From Verrucomicrobiaceae bacterium (GTDB taxonomy: Bacteria; Verrucomicrobiota; Verrucomicrobiia; Verrucomicrobiales; Akkermansiaceae): 64,000 nt of DNA. Numbering within the stretch: the first letter of the stretch is position 1; every line of letters begins with the position of its first letter. The notes beneath the pieces were generated by a model. It saw nothing but the letters and a program-made list of their open reading frames with translations. It was not told the origin of the DNA and made no database searches. Positions 1-9,290 of the stretch are shown piece by piece. The stretch spans positions 60,848 to 124,847 of the forward strand of contig JBPOGH010000015.1 of NCBI GenBank assembly GCA_051252135.1, written 5' to 3'. The position numbers and the translations under genes were made by a program.

Positions 1-1393
1 CACCCGCCTGAATGTAGACTTTCCCGTCTTTCATCAGGCATGTCCGCAGCGCGATGCACGAATCGTGATTCCCGTCCCACGCAAAATATCCCACCGCTCC
101 CGAATAGGAACCACGCTTATTCTTCTCCAGACTGTTAATGATCTGCATCGCCCGAATCTTCGGCGCCCCGCTCACCGTCCCCGCCGGAAAAGTCGATCGC
201 AGCACATCGTAACTCGTGTGCTTCGGATCCAGCTTCCCGCTCACATTGGAAACAATGTGCATCACGTGGCTGTACCGCTCCACGATCATCATATCGTCCA
301 CACTCACACTCCCGTTCTGGGAAATCCGTCCCACATCGTTGCGCGCCAGATCAATCAGCATGACATGCTCGGCACACTCCTTTTCATCGGCCAAAAGATC
401 AGCCGCCAGCGCATCATCCTCCTCTGGCGTCTTCCCCCTCCAGCGCGTTCCCGCGATCGGACGGATATCAATCTTCCCGTCAACCGCACGCACATGCACC
501 TCCGGCGAACTCCCCACCAAAGAAAAGTCCGGAGTCTGGTAAATGAACATGTAAGGCGACGGATTGATGTGCCGCAGCGCCCGATAAAGATCCACCGCAT
601 CCCCGTCAAAATCCGCCTCAAAGCGCTGACTCGGCACCACCTGGAACGCATCCCCCGCCGCAATGTAATCCTTCGCCTTCAGCACCATCGCCTCATACTC
701 CTCCTGCGAGGTATTGCTTCGCGGTTCCGGTGCTTCAATCTCCGCCAGCCCGTTCAAGGGCGGCACATGCAGCGGACGGTCCAACGAAGCAATCACCGCC
801 TCGATCCGTCCCCGCGCCGTCGCATAAGCCTCCTCCGGACTCTCATGCTCATCCAGCAAGGCATTGGAAACCACCAACAGCCGCCGCAACTTGTGGTCAA
901 ACACCACCAACGTATCCGCTAAAAAGAAAATCGACTCCGGGAGCCCCAAATCATCCTCCGGCGAATCTCCTACCGCCGGCTCAAATTGCTGCACCGCATC
1001 GTACCCCACATAACCCACCGCTCCGCCAAAGAACGGAGGGGCATCACCATGCGTCACCGGCTTGTATCCCGCCATCAGACGCTCCACCTCATCCAGCACA
1101 TCACCCTCACGAGCCCGCCTCTCAACCTCCGCACCCCGCTGAATCGTCACCTCATCCCCCTTCGACACAAAAATCCACTTCGGCTGGCTCCCCACAATCG
1201 ACCACCGACCACTCGCATCCGTGCTCTCCGCACTCTCAAAAAGGAAAGCATGCTTCCCATCCCGTAGTTTTAAATAAGCCGATACCGGAGTTTCAAAATC
1301 CGCCGCCAGTTGCGCGTATACCGGCACAACATTCCCGGCTTTTGCCAATCCGGCAAACTCCTCCACACTTGGTCTGACTGGAACCTCACTCAC
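1..1393 (-). CDS. trpE: Anthranilate synthase component I (3' end runs off the window)
   Basis: Not in the ORF track because there is no stop in the window. Manual translation from GTG at 1393 gives MSEVPVRPSVEEFAGLAKAGNVVPVYAQLAADFETPVSAYLKL, and the same frame ends ...DGNHDSCIALRTCLMKDGKVYIQAG, typical of the chorismate-binding C-terminus. Confidence 0.93.
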   Translation of the reverse strand, partial: MSEVPVRPSVEEFAGLAKAGNVVPVYAQLAADFETPVSAYLKLRDGKHAFLFESAESTDASGRWSIVGSQPKWIFVSKGDEVTIQRGAEVERRAREGDVLDEVERLMAGYKPVTHGDAPPFFGGAVGYVGYDAVQQFEPAVGDSPEDDLGLPESIFFLADTLVVFDHKLRRLLVVSNALLDEHESPEEAYATARGRIEAVIASLDRPLHVPPLNGLAEIEAPEPRSNTSQEEYEAMVLKAKDYIAAGDAFQVVPSQRFEADFDGDAVDLYRALRHINPSPYMFIYQTPDFSLVGSSPEVHVRAVDGKIDIRPIAGTRWRGKTPEEDDALAADLLADEKECAEHVMLIDLARNDVGRISQNGSVSVDDMMIVERYSHVMHIVSNVSGKLDPKHTSYDVLRSTFPAGTVSGAPKIRAMQIINSLEKNKRGSYSGAVGYFAWDGNHDSCIALRTCLMKDGKVYIQAG

Positions 1394-1446
1394 GCGGCCC
1401 GCAGTCTGCCTATCCCCACCCATGAGGCAATCCGAAAGACAGTTCC

Positions 1447-2262
1447 CTACCCACCAAATAACTCCCCGTAAAACGCCGGGTCCGGCTCAGGCACCAGATC
1501 ATGCCACGCCGACACCTCATTCTGGGCCGCACAACAAACCTCCAGTTCGCAATTTCCTCCCACCCGGTCCTGCACCACCCCAATCGCCACCTCCGGCGTA
1601 TTGCAGTCGCTGCTCAGATGTCCTAAAATCACCTTCCGCAAGCCCGCAGGCACCAGCTCCGCAATCAAATCCGCCGCCTGCTCATTCGACAAATGCCCGT
1701 GTTGCGACGAAATCCGCTGCTTCGTGCTAAACGGCCTCTTCGTATCCGCATCCAGCAACTTCCACTCATAATTCGCCTCCAACACGAGCCCCGCCACCCC
1801 CTTCAACGCCTCCAGCACCGCCGCATCCACATGCCCCAGGTCCGTCGCCACCCCCATCCGGTAATCCCCTTGGGAAATCACATAACCCACCGGCTCCACC
1901 GCATCATGCGGCAGCGCAAAGGTCGTCAGCTCAAAACCCTCCCATTCAAAACACTGACCACTCTCAAAAGACACCCAATCCGCCTGCGCCCGCAGCCCCT
2001 CCTGCACCACCCGTCCCGTCATGATGCTCGCCACCACCGGCACCCGCCACTTCTTCAGGAACACATCAAGCCCCCGCGTGTGATCTCCATGCTCATGCGT
2101 CAGCAGTATCCCCGTCAGCATCGACGGACACACCCCGAGCGCCTCCAGGCGCAATCCCAGCTGCTTCGCACTCAAGCCCGCATCAATCAGAAGATACTTC
2201 CCCTGACACTCGACCACCGTCGAATTGCCACCACTTCCACTTCCCAGCACTGCAAATCGCAT
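1447..2262 (-). CDS. MBL-fold metallo-hydrolase (YycJ/WalJ-like)
   Basis: LGSGSGGN, THEHGDH (HxHxDH), LPHDA, GHLSN and LGHLS motifs. Start placed at the ATG of MRFAVLG; the ORF extends to 2280. Confidence 0.88.
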   Translation of the reverse strand: MRFAVLGSGSGGNSTVVECQGKYLLIDAGLSAKQLGLRLEALGVCPSMLTGILLTHEHGDHTRGLDVFLKKWRVPVVASIMTGRVVQEGLRAQADWVSFESGQCFEWEGFELTTFALPHDAVEPVGYVISQGDYRMGVATDLGHVDAAVLEALKGVAGLVLEANYEWKLLDADTKRPFSTKQRISSQHGHLSNEQAADLIAELVPAGLRKVILGHLSSDCNTPEVAIGVVQDRVGGNCELEVCCAAQNEVSAWHDLVPEPDPAFYGELFGG

Positions 2263-2408
2263 CTGGCCCAAGAAATGCACTCCAAAACCCTGAAAGGCAA
2301 TCTTTTCAGTTTTCCACTAAACGTCTGGACGGAACCACTTTTCAGTCCTATGAGCCGCTCGCGGGAACTTTTCAAAAGCCCCCTAATCAACACCACATCA
2401 ACATTCTC

Positions 2409-4067
2409 ATGTCATTTCTGCCCGAAAAATTCGCTCATCCCTACGAGATCAATCCCGATTTCTCTAAGAGCGTCGCCTACTTTTCCTCTGAGTTCGCGAT
2501 CGACCAGAGCCTCAAAATCTACTCCGGCGGACTCGGATTCCTCGCCGGCTCCCACATGCGCTCGGCGCACGACCTCAAGCAAAACCTCGTCGGTGTCGGA
2601 ATTCTCTGGTCCTACGGATACTATAACCAGGTCCGCGGCGATGACCGCCAAATGGCCGTCGCCCTCCGCCGCAAATCCTACCACTTCCTCCGCGATACCG
2701 GCGTCAAGTTCACCATCAACATTCAGGGCAAGGACGTCTGGGTCAAAGGACTCTACCTCCCAGGCGACATCTTCGGCACCTGCCCCATGTTCTTCGTCAC
2801 CACCGACTTCGAGGACAACGACGACGATGCCCGCGACATCTCCCGTCGCCTCTACGACTCCGATCACCAGCGCCGCATCGCCCAATACATGCTTCTCGGC
2901 ATCGGCGGAGCCAAGCTCCTTGACGAACTTGGAGCACAGCCGGACATCTATCACCTCAACGAAGCACACGCCCTCTCCGCTGCCTTCTACCTCCACTCCA
3001 AAGGAGACAAAAAAGAAGAGCTTCGTAAAAAACTCATCTTCACCACCCACACCCCCGAGGCCGCCGGTAACGAGCACCACGATTTCAACGAGCTCGAGCG
3101 CTTCGGCTTCTTCTGTGGTGCTGATCGCGCGAACGTCGAGGAATTCACCGGCATCAGGGACGACTCCTTCTCCCACTCCCTCGCCGCCCTCCGGCTCGCC
3201 CGCATCTCCAACGGAGTCTCCAAACTCCACGGTGAAGTCTCCCGCAAAATGTGGGGTGGGTTCGATGACATCTGCGAAATCACCCACATCACCAACGCCC
3301 AGAACAAAAAATATTGGGTCGATGCCGAGCTAGAGTCAGCCCGTGTCAAAGCGGATAAAAAAGAACTTTCCCGCCGGAAGCATGACCTCAAGGAAAAGCT
3401 CTTCAAGACCGTCGCCGACCAAACCGGCAAGATCTTCGATCCCGAAGTCCTCACTGTCGTCTGGGCCCGCCGCTTTGCCGGCTACAAGCGTGCCGACCTC
3501 ATCGCCACCGATCTCGAGCGCTTCACCGCCCTCCTTTCCGATCAATCACGCCCCGTCCAGATCATCTGGGCCGGCAAGCCCTACCCCCGCGACTACGGCG
3601 CCATCGAAACCTTCAACCGCCTCATCGAGATCACCGAACCCCTCAAGAACGCCACCGTCCTTGTTGGCTACGAACTTGAATTGTCCCGTCTCATGAAGTC
3701 CGGTGCCGATGTCTGGCTCAACAACCCCGTCGTCACCCGCGAAGCTTCCGGAACCTCCGGCATGACCGCTTCCATGAATGGTGCCGTCAACCTGTCCACC
3801 TACGATGGCTGGGTTTGCGAATACGCCAAAGACGGACACAACTCCTTCATCGTCCCACCCGCCGATCCAAGTTGCACTCCGGAGGCCCGTGACCAGCACG
3901 ACCTCAACTCGCTCTACCACATCCTCGATAACAAGATTAAGCCCGCCTACTACGATCGTCCCGATGATTGGTGGCAGCTCGTTCTCAACTCCATGGATGA
4001 TGTCGTCCCCTTCTTCGATTCGGACCGCATGGCCACCGAATACTACGAAAAGCTCTTCAATGCCTAG
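2409..4067 (+). CDS. glgP: Alpha-glucan (glycogen/starch) phosphorylase, short form
   Basis: YSGGLGFLAG, HLNEAH, FTTHTP, ARRFAGYKR and EASGTSGM motifs. Confidence 0.93.
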   Translation: MSFLPEKFAHPYEINPDFSKSVAYFSSEFAIDQSLKIYSGGLGFLAGSHMRSAHDLKQNLVGVGILWSYGYYNQVRGDDRQMAVALRRKSYHFLRDTGVKFTINIQGKDVWVKGLYLPGDIFGTCPMFFVTTDFEDNDDDARDISRRLYDSDHQRRIAQYMLLGIGGAKLLDELGAQPDIYHLNEAHALSAAFYLHSKGDKKEELRKKLIFTTHTPEAAGNEHHDFNELERFGFFCGADRANVEEFTGIRDDSFSHSLAALRLARISNGVSKLHGEVSRKMWGGFDDICEITHITNAQNKKYWVDAELESARVKADKKELSRRKHDLKEKLFKTVADQTGKIFDPEVLTVVWARRFAGYKRADLIATDLERFTALLSDQSRPVQIIWAGKPYPRDYGAIETFNRLIEITEPLKNATVLVGYELELSRLMKSGADVWLNNPVVTREASGTSGMTASMNGAVNLSTYDGWVCEYAKDGHNSFIVPPADPSCTPEARDQHDLNSLYHILDNKIKPAYYDRPDDWWQLVLNSMDDVVPFFDSDRMATEYYEKLFNA

Positions 4068-4085
4068 AGCCTGACTTTCAAAACC

Positions 4086-4117
4086 AAACGGAGACTGGCA
4101 ACAGTCTCCGTTTTTTT
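4086..4117 (+). terminator. Intrinsic terminator between convergent glgP and DUF4250 genes
   Basis: AAACGGAGACTG-GCAA-CAGTCTCCGTTTTTTT: perfect stem followed by a T-tract. Confidence 0.85.
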
Positions 4118-4128
4118 ACGCCCCCTCC

Positions 4129-4317
4129 CTACCGAAACTGCTTCTGCTCGCTCTGATACTCGTATCCCTCGCTACCCAGCCGCGAAACAAGCCTCTCCTC
4201 ATCCAACCCATGCGTCTTGCAAAGGTCCTCCAGCGAGCTCGCATTGTTCCGCAGCTCCGTATTCACCAACCCCACCAAAAGATGGGGATCCATCGACTCG
4301 TATCTTGTCAGATTCAT
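4129..4317 (-). CDS. DUF4250 family small protein
   Basis: MDPHLL..VNTELRN...SLEDLC....D...L..RL...GYEY....QF matches my recollection of the DUF4250 pattern. Confidence 0.8.
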   Translation of the reverse strand: MNLTRYESMDPHLLVGLVNTELRNNASSLEDLCKTHGLDEERLVSRLGSEGYEYQSEQKQFR

Positions 4318-4443
4318 CGCAACAGCTCTTTAAGTCCTCTATTTCAACCGTGCGAGGCCGAAATCCCATTGACACCCAATCAATTTTAGTGAATCTCCCC
4401 CCCGCAGCGTCGGAAACGTTGCAACCTAACCTTAGGGCATCCC

Positions 4444-4716
4444 ATGAAAAAAGACATTCATCCCGATTACCACCCCGTCGTGTTCCAGGACATGACCACG
4501 GGTCACCGCTACATCACCCGCTCGACCGCCAAGTCTGACAAGACCGAAGAGATCGACGGAGTGGAGCACTTCATCATCTCGATGGGCCTCACCGCCGACT
4601 CCCACCCCTTCTACACCGGTCAAAGCACCTTCGTGGATACCGAGGGACGGATCGACAAGTTCCAAAAGCGCTTCGGCACCGTGCAACGCGCGAAGAAGCC
4701 TACCCGCAAGGCTTAA
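4444..4716 (+). CDS. rpmE2: 50S ribosomal protein L31 type B
   Basis: [16 protein letters not shown]...SHPFYTG...[14 protein letters not shown]; no Zn-binding cysteines. Confidence 0.95.
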   Translation: MKKDIHPDYHPVVFQDMTTGHRYITRSTAKSDKTEEIDGVEHFIISMGLTADSHPFYTGQSTFVDTEGRIDKFQKRFGTVQRAKKPTRKA

Positions 4717-4742
4717 TCGGGGAATTTTTCCCACAACTTTTC

Positions 4743-4772
4743 AAAAGCAGCTCTTCACGGAGCTGCTTTTTT
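4743..4772 (+). terminator. Intrinsic terminator after L31
   Basis: AAAAGCAGCTC-TTCACG-GAGCTGCTTTTTT. Confidence 0.85.
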
Positions 4773-4789
4773 CGTGTCCACTCCCGTCG

Positions 4790-5041
4790 ATGGACGAAGT
4801 CATCGAACACCTTCTCCCCGCAATCGAAGAGCAACTCGCCTCTCCCGACACCCGCTACGTGGCCGAAACCCTTGACCGCCTCCTAACGGACCAGGAGATC
4901 GACGAACAAGAGGCCAAAGCCATGCTCGCCTTCTGCCTCGCCGATGAGATGGAAGCCATGCTCAGAGAAGATCGGCCCTTTGCCGAAGCACGCTATCGGA
5001 CCCTCCTCGACCTCCTCCCCGCCCTCCCCGAGGGGCGCTGA
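4790..5041 (+). CDS. Hypothetical acidic helical protein
   Basis: 83-aa ORF with genome-typical C-ending codons that fills the gap between neighbouring genes. Confidence 0.7.
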   Translation: MDEVIEHLLPAIEEQLASPDTRYVAETLDRLLTDQEIDEQEAKAMLAFCLADEMEAMLREDRPFAEARYRTLLDLLPALPEGR

Positions 5042-5129
5042 TTACAAAAAGAGCCTCATTTTCTCATCAGTTCGGAGAATAGATTGGTCCGGTGGTCTCG
5101 TTATACCTCTGAAACAATCGATCCTCCCC

Positions 5130-5717
5130 ATGACCAGCTCACCAGTCCTTCCCCAGCGCAACTTCCTGCGCCCCGTTCTCATCACCACCCTCATCTTCCT
5201 TGCGGTCGGTCTCACCGCCGGAGGGGCTGTTTGGTGGTATAAAAAGACCCATCAGCCGGTTGCCCTCACCTCCGCTGAATTAACTGCCGTCGAAAAACGC
5301 ATCGAGGAAGCCCAATACGAGCCCGGCATTAAATCCATCGTTCTGACCGAACGTGAGGTCAACGGACTCCTCAATCAGCACACCACCCTCGGCGATGACC
5401 TCAAGATCGAACTCGCCAAAGGAGCCCTCCACGCCCGCGTCAAAACCGTCCTCAGCGAGGATGTCCCCGTCCTCGGCGGGAAAACCCTCAACCTCCGCGC
5501 CCGCTTCCTGATCGACACCAACGAGCTAAACCCCTCCTTCATGCTCGATGACCTCACCGTTTACGGAATTTCCGTCCCCAATGCCTGGCTTGGTGACATC
5601 AAACACCAAAACCTCCTCGGAAGCCTGAATACCGGAGGCAGTGACACCCCGTTCGCCCGGGGCATCGAAAATATCTCCATCGAAAAAGGCCTCATCGAGA
5701 TCAAACTCGCCGAATAG
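5130..5717 (+). CDS. Hypothetical membrane-anchored protein
   Basis: N-terminal TM segment (VLITTLIFLAVGLTAGGAVWW). Start placed at ATG 5130 to avoid overlap with the upstream gene. Confidence 0.72.
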   Translation: MTSSPVLPQRNFLRPVLITTLIFLAVGLTAGGAVWWYKKTHQPVALTSAELTAVEKRIEEAQYEPGIKSIVLTEREVNGLLNQHTTLGDDLKIELAKGALHARVKTVLSEDVPVLGGKTLNLRARFLIDTNELNPSFMLDDLTVYGISVPNAWLGDIKHQNLLGSLNTGGSDTPFARGIENISIEKGLIEIKLAE

Positions 5718-5775
5718 AAATCGTCGACCTGATATTTCTGTTCATATTTTGAGATTTGGTCTCTAGAATCAACCC

Positions 5776-6609
5776 ATGGGCATCTTCGACAAACCAAGTC
5801 TCAAGCGGTCGGCAAAAAGTCGTGATTCCGTCCCTGACGATCTCTGGACAAAATGTCCCGATTGCAGCGAGATGATTCACACGCTCGATCTCAAGCAGCA
5901 TCACCTCGTCTGCCCCCACTGCTCCCACCATTTCCTCATGGGAGCCTACGAGCGCTTCCAGCTCATCGCCGATGAAGGAACCTTCGAGGAGATCGATGCC
6001 GACCTCATCTCGGCCAATCCGCTGGGTTTTGCCAATTACCCGGAAAAAACCGCCCAACTTCGCGAAAAAACCGGCCTGAAGGACGCCGTCGTCACCGGAA
6101 GACTGTCTATCGAAGGAAAACCCGCCGTGGCCGCCGTCATGGACTTCAAGTATTTCGCCGGCTCCATGGGATCCGTCGTCGGGGAAAAAATCACCCGCGC
6201 CATCGAGACTGCCACCGCCGAAAAGCGTGCCATCCTCATCTTCTCCTCCTCATCGGGTGCCCGCATGCAGGAAGGCATGCTCTCCCTCATGCAGATGGCC
6301 AAGACCTGCGGCGCCCTCGCCCTCCACGGAGAAGCAGGGCTCCCCTACATCTCGATTTTCACTCACCCCACCACCGGTGGCGTCACCGCTTCCTTCGCCA
6401 CCATTGGCGATATCAACCTCGCCGAACCCAAGTGCATGATCGGCTTTGCCGGCCCCCGGGTCATCAAGGAAACCACTCACCAGGACCTCCCTCCCGGATT
6501 CCAAACTGCCGAATTCATGCTCGAGCACGGCCTCATCGACACCATTGTCCCCCGCCGCGACCTTCGCAGCAAATTGAGCGACCTCCTCGGCTACATGATG
6601 CCCCGCTAG
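5776..6609 (+). CDS. accD: Acetyl-CoA carboxylase carboxyltransferase subunit beta
   Basis: Zn finger CPDC...CPHC, GSMGSVVGEKI, SGARMQEG, PTTGGVTASFA, GFAGPRVI, FQTAEF. Confidence 0.96.
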   Translation: MGIFDKPSLKRSAKSRDSVPDDLWTKCPDCSEMIHTLDLKQHHLVCPHCSHHFLMGAYERFQLIADEGTFEEIDADLISANPLGFANYPEKTAQLREKTGLKDAVVTGRLSIEGKPAVAAVMDFKYFAGSMGSVVGEKITRAIETATAEKRAILIFSSSSGARMQEGMLSLMQMAKTCGALALHGEAGLPYISIFTHPTTGGVTASFATIGDINLAEPKCMIGFAGPRVIKETTHQDLPPGFQTAEFMLEHGLIDTIVPRRDLRSKLSDLLGYMMPR

Positions 6610-7379
6610 GGATTCGCAATACGGATCGTATCCGCGTGGAGAATCCGCTCCACGCCCGCCTCCGTTCTGAGCAGGAGCTCTCCCGTCAGCGATAGCCCCT
6701 CCATCACCCCCTCCCGTTGAAGCCCGTTCGCCTCAAGACGCACTCGACGCCCCCTCAACACACAGCGTGTGCTCCACGCATCCAGAAGCTCCGGAAATTG
6801 CGAACCAATCTGACTCGCTCGAAATTCCAATCGCTTCAGGATCGCCACCAACACCTCTTCCCGAACCCACTTTTTTCCCGTCTCCAGCGAGAGCGAGGTC
6901 GCCGGATGCGCCAACCCCTCGGGAAATTCATCCACGTTGATATTGAGGCCCATCCCCACCACCACCGCCGGAGGATTGCTTTCTACAAGAATTCCACAAA
7001 TCTTACGGTCCTTCACCCACACATCATTGGGCCACTTCACTCCCGCAAAGATCCCAAAGGCATCCAGAGCCTCCGCAACCGCCAATCCCGCCGCCAGCGA
7101 CAGCCTCGACCACATTGCCACCGGCTCCTCGGGAAACATCACCCACGAGCAAGCCAGACCTTTCCCCGGGGGACACACCCACGGCTGACCACGGCGTCCC
7201 CGCCCCGCCGTCTGACGCTCGGTAAGAACCACACGACTCCCCCTCAGCCCCTCACGAACCAGTCGCCGTGCCTCATCATTGGTCGAGCCACACTCCTCCA
7301 GAAAGATCACCCGGTCGGCCCACTCCGGGGAAACCTCCCGCAACCTCCCGCCATCCCATTCTTCTTCACTCGCCGTCAT
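6606..7379 (-). CDS. birA: Biotin--[acetyl-CoA carboxylase] ligase (no N-terminal HTH)
   Basis: STND, QTAGRGRRG, KWPND, KICGILVE and GMGLN motifs. Confidence 0.93.
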   Translation of the reverse strand: MTASEEEWDGGRLREVSPEWADRVIFLEECGSTNDEARRLVREGLRGSRVVLTERQTAGRGRRGQPWVCPPGKGLACSWVMFPEEPVAMWSRLSLAAGLAVAEALDAFGIFAGVKWPNDVWVKDRKICGILVESNPPAVVVGMGLNINVDEFPEGLAHPATSLSLETGKKWVREEVLVAILKRLEFRASQIGSQFPELLDAWSTRCVLRGRRVRLEANGLQREGVMEGLSLTGELLLRTEAGVERILHADTIRIANP

Positions 7380-8217
7380 TGAGAAACTCCATCGACAAAT
7401 CCAAAGCCACTGCCGAGTGCGTCACCGCTCCTACTGAAATGAAATCCACCCCCGTCTCCGCAATCTCCGCCACCGTTTCAAGATTCACGCCACCACTGGC
7501 CTCCAAATTAGGCCGATTCCCGACACGCATCTGCACCGCCTGACGAAGCTCGTCCAAACTCATGTTATCCAGTAAAATGTAATCCACTCCATCCAGGGTA
7601 AGAAAACCCTCCACCTGATCCAGTCGATCCGCTTCCAGCTCCACCTCCACTTCCGGTCGATCCCTCTTTAAGCGATTGATGGCATCCTGAAGCGCCCCCA
7701 GTCCTCCTTCCGCCACCAAGTGGTTATCCTTCACCATCGCCCGATCATACAGGCCCATCCGGTGATTCATCCCCCCTCCGGCCACCACCGCACCTTTTTC
7801 CAAAGCACGCCAGCCCGGCGTCGTTTTCCGCGTATCGAGAATTTTAGCCGAGGTGGACTCCACCAGTTCGACAAACTTTTGCGTCTTGGTCGCAATCCCC
7901 GAGAGCCGCTGAAGAAAATTCAGCGCCACTCGCTCCGCAGTCAGCAGCGATCGGGATTTCCCCCGCACTTCCATCACGTAGGCCCGGTTCCCCACCACAC
8001 TCCCGCTTTCTAACAGGACCTTCACCTGAATGGTTTCATCCACCCGCTTAAAAACCTCCTCCGCAATCTCAACCCCCGCCACCACTCCTTCCTCCTTCGC
8101 CACGATCACCCCTCTCGACTCAACATCCCCCGGGACGAAGTATTCCGATGTCACATCTCCCGTGCCGATGTCCTCGGCGAGAGCCATATCAATAAGTGCA
8201 GAAGTACGTTGATCCAC
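7366..8217 (-). CDS. nadC: Nicotinate-nucleotide diphosphorylase (carboxylating)
   Basis: ERVALNFLQRLSGIAT, DTRKTTPG, NHRMGLYD, KDNH, LLDNM, EASGGV. Confidence 0.96.
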   Translation of the reverse strand: MDQRTSALIDMALAEDIGTGDVTSEYFVPGDVESRGVIVAKEEGVVAGVEIAEEVFKRVDETIQVKVLLESGSVVGNRAYVMEVRGKSRSLLTAERVALNFLQRLSGIATKTQKFVELVESTSAKILDTRKTTPGWRALEKGAVVAGGGMNHRMGLYDRAMVKDNHLVAEGGLGALQDAINRLKRDRPEVEVELEADRLDQVEGFLTLDGVDYILLDNMSLDELRQAVQMRVGNRPNLEASGGVNLETVAEIAETGVDFISVGAVTHSAVALDLSMEFLNDGE

Positions 8218-8276
8218 AAAAGAGGCTTATCTCATGGGCACACGCTTTTGAATCTTCATTTTCACATCCCAAACAC

Positions 8277-8307
8277 AAAAAAAGCGACCCCGGTGCACCG
8301 GAGTCGC
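8277..8307 (-). terminator. Intrinsic terminator closing the exbB-exbD-exbD-TPR operon
   Basis: Minus strand GCGACTCCGG-TGCA-CCGGGGTCGC followed by TTTTTTT. Confidence 0.8.
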
Positions 8308-8332
8308 CGATTTCAAAAATCCCCCGGGGAGA

Positions 8333-9256
8333 CTACTGCTCCTTCGGCGCGTACTTGAGGAACACCTTGTATTCTTCGGGCATCTTCTGACCACCACCCA
8401 GGGATTTATCCCAGAGCTTCACCAGCGCAAGCCCTTCACGGATCAAAAAGGCGCCCGTGGAGGCTTCATCATAATCATCGGTGCCATAGAGCTTCATCCC
8501 CAAAACGACAGCCTCGTGATCCTTGAGAATTCGAAGGCAAGCCAGAGCGGCGTTGCGGGTGAGCACTTCGGAAGCCGAAAAATCCGCCACAAACGCCCCA
8601 TTGTAGGCATTCAAAGCTTTCAGTGGCTCCTTCTCACCCTCATAGGCCATTCCCATGCAGTAGTTGATCTGCGCACGGAGACTTCCGCTGAAAACCTTAT
8701 CCTGCCAATCGGGATCGGTTCCGATTGCAATCAGACGAGCCCAGGCTTTCGTGCGCACAGCCTCCCAAAAGACGTTATTAAGCTCGATCTGGGTCAAGTG
8801 CTCCTTCCGGATCAGGGGCTCCGCGATAAAGGTCGACATCATCTCTGACAGCTTGGTCAGGTTACCCAATTTCCGGGCACATTCCATCTGATAGAAAACA
8901 GCCAGGGTGCTGTAGTTCCCCTTTACCTCATCCACCTTCTTGTAAGTTTCAGCACAAAGCGCAAATTTCTCGGATGCTTCTTCATAGTTCCGGTTCCGGT
9001 AAACCTCCATGGCCTCGGTGAACTCGGGAGGCTCAAGGAAATATACGTTCACCGAACTGAGGCGGACATCCTTGAAGTTCGTCGATTGCTCGGTCTCCTT
9101 GTATCGGAGGCTCTTACTTGAAGAGGCCACCACGAAGCCGGAGATCGTATCATCCTCCGTCATGATTAAGGCGCGGGGTTCCTTCGAGGCCACTTGCCCC
9201 GAAAGCAAGGTTACCGTGGAAAAGAGAGAGAGTGCGGAAATGGCGAGTGTTTTCAT
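8333..9256 (-). CDS. Secreted helical-repeat (TPR-like) hypothetical protein
   Basis: Signal peptide MKTLAISALSLFSTVTLLSG; TPR-like helices (AQINYCMGMAYEGEKEPLKALNAY). Confidence 0.75.
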   Translation of the reverse strand: MKTLAISALSLFSTVTLLSGQVASKEPRALIMTEDDTISGFVVASSSKSLRYKETEQSTNFKDVRLSSVNVYFLEPPEFTEAMEVYRNRNYEEASEKFALCAETYKKVDEVKGNYSTLAVFYQMECARKLGNLTKLSEMMSTFIAEPLIRKEHLTQIELNNVFWEAVRTKAWARLIAIGTDPDWQDKVFSGSLRAQINYCMGMAYEGEKEPLKALNAYNGAFVADFSASEVLTRNAALACLRILKDHEAVVLGMKLYGTDDYDEASTGAFLIREGLALVKLWDKSLGGGQKMPEEYKVFLKYAPKEQ

Positions 9257-9290
9257 CGTTCTGATTTGCTCGGAGTTGGATTACCAAAGA

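Noticed and set aside
65..1377. Plus-strand ORFs 65..922 and 730..1377
   Set aside because: Antisense to trpE, which is clearly identifiable on the minus strand.
4318..4443. Zur box upstream of the Cys-free L31
   Set aside because: No convincing AT-rich Zur-type palindrome; this L31 may simply be the only copy.
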